The position numbers and the translations under genes are program-made. From Chloroflexota bacterium (GTDB lineage Bacteria > Chloroflexota > Anaerolineae > Anaerolineales > DRMV01): a stretch of DNA of 64,000 nucleotides. Below the pieces are notes generated by a model that was given only the letters and a program-made list of their open reading frames with translations, ran no database searches and was not told the DNA's origin. Below, piece after piece: positions 63,900 to 64,000 of this stretch (position 1 is its first letter; every line of letters starts with the position of its first letter). Location of the stretch: NCBI GenBank assembly GCA_011322445.1, contig DRMV01000021.1:1629-65628 (forward strand), given 5' to 3'.

Positions 63900-64000
63900 C
63901 AGTCAATGGCTTCGGCGGCGTATTTGAGCAATGTTGGCTTAATGTCTTCAAATCCTTCACCGGTATACGTGCCCAATTCTTTAACACAACCATCTAATCG
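63900..64000 (-). CDS. C-terminal 33 codons of an unknown protein (ORF continues past the right edge)
   Basis: Manual translation gives ...RLDGCVKELGTYTGEGFEDIKPTLLKYAAEAID with the stop at 63900-63902. It is co-directional with the downstream genes. Too short to classify. Confidence 0.4.

Larger units (their letters stand above)
58819..64000. mobile_element. probable integrated element (left end near recN, right end beyond the window)
   Basis: A large serine recombinase sits next to a housekeeping gene. From about 60.69 kb onward there is an abrupt, visibly lower GC content and different codon usage. The cargo consists only of unknown membrane or small proteins. Confidence 0.5.

Overview
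High-GC bacterial chromosomal window (well above 60 % G+C by eye, not computed). It is almost fully coding and most genes are on the minus strand. The gene content suggests a monoderm, Chloroflexota-like organism: PT-rich linkers, an LAxTG-type sorting signal, many GT-C/GT-A/GT-B glycosyltransferases, and TGn extended -10 promoters. That assignment is inference only.

Layout, left to right:
- 1-531: an edge-truncated ORF that is missing from the supplied track.
- 0.8-6.7 kb: a five-gene Opp/Dpp-type peptide ABC transporter.
- 6.9-16.4 kb: a proteostasis neighbourhood with a CbpA-like J-protein, HtrA, an eRF1/Vms1-like protein, a PRTase, a Memo-like protein, a class V aminotransferase, an FHA protein and DnaK.
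- 16.6-18.1 kb: a solitary sugar-type substrate-binding lipoprotein.
- 18.1-33.9 kb: a co-directional string combining PAPS synthesis (sat, cysC, TauE) with a Stf0-like sulfotransferase, five or more glycosyltransferases, a UDP-sugar dehydrogenase, a Gfo/Idh/MocA oxidoreductase, a NeuB-family synthase, an inserted four-helix-bundle (23S-IVS family) gene, and a split NadE/C-N-hydrolase pair.
- 34.0-40.0 kb: tRNA-Val, an orphan GAF/NarL-type histidine kinase, a hydrolase, rdgB, yceD, sigA and an NTase-fold protein.
- 40.0-46.2 kb: an operon of GT2, two paralogous GT-C proteins, tgt and an FG-GAP-like lipoprotein, followed by tRNA-Gln.
- 46.4-54.8 kb: a self-contained eight-gene operon of uncharacterised envelope proteins built around a GlmL/MutL-like actin-fold ATPase. 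This is my best candidate for an undescribed system.
- 55.0-58.8 kb: two coiled-coil PT-tailed membrane proteins, then recN.
- 58.8 kb to the right edge: a large serine recombinase followed by a visibly lower-GC block of unknown membrane proteins, probably an integrated element.

Several unusual word-stutter intergenic repeats, a 24-bp minisatellite and an in-frame 150-bp repeat array are also present. Many long ORFs in the supplied track are antisense or out-of-frame artefacts of the high GC content and are not reported as genes.
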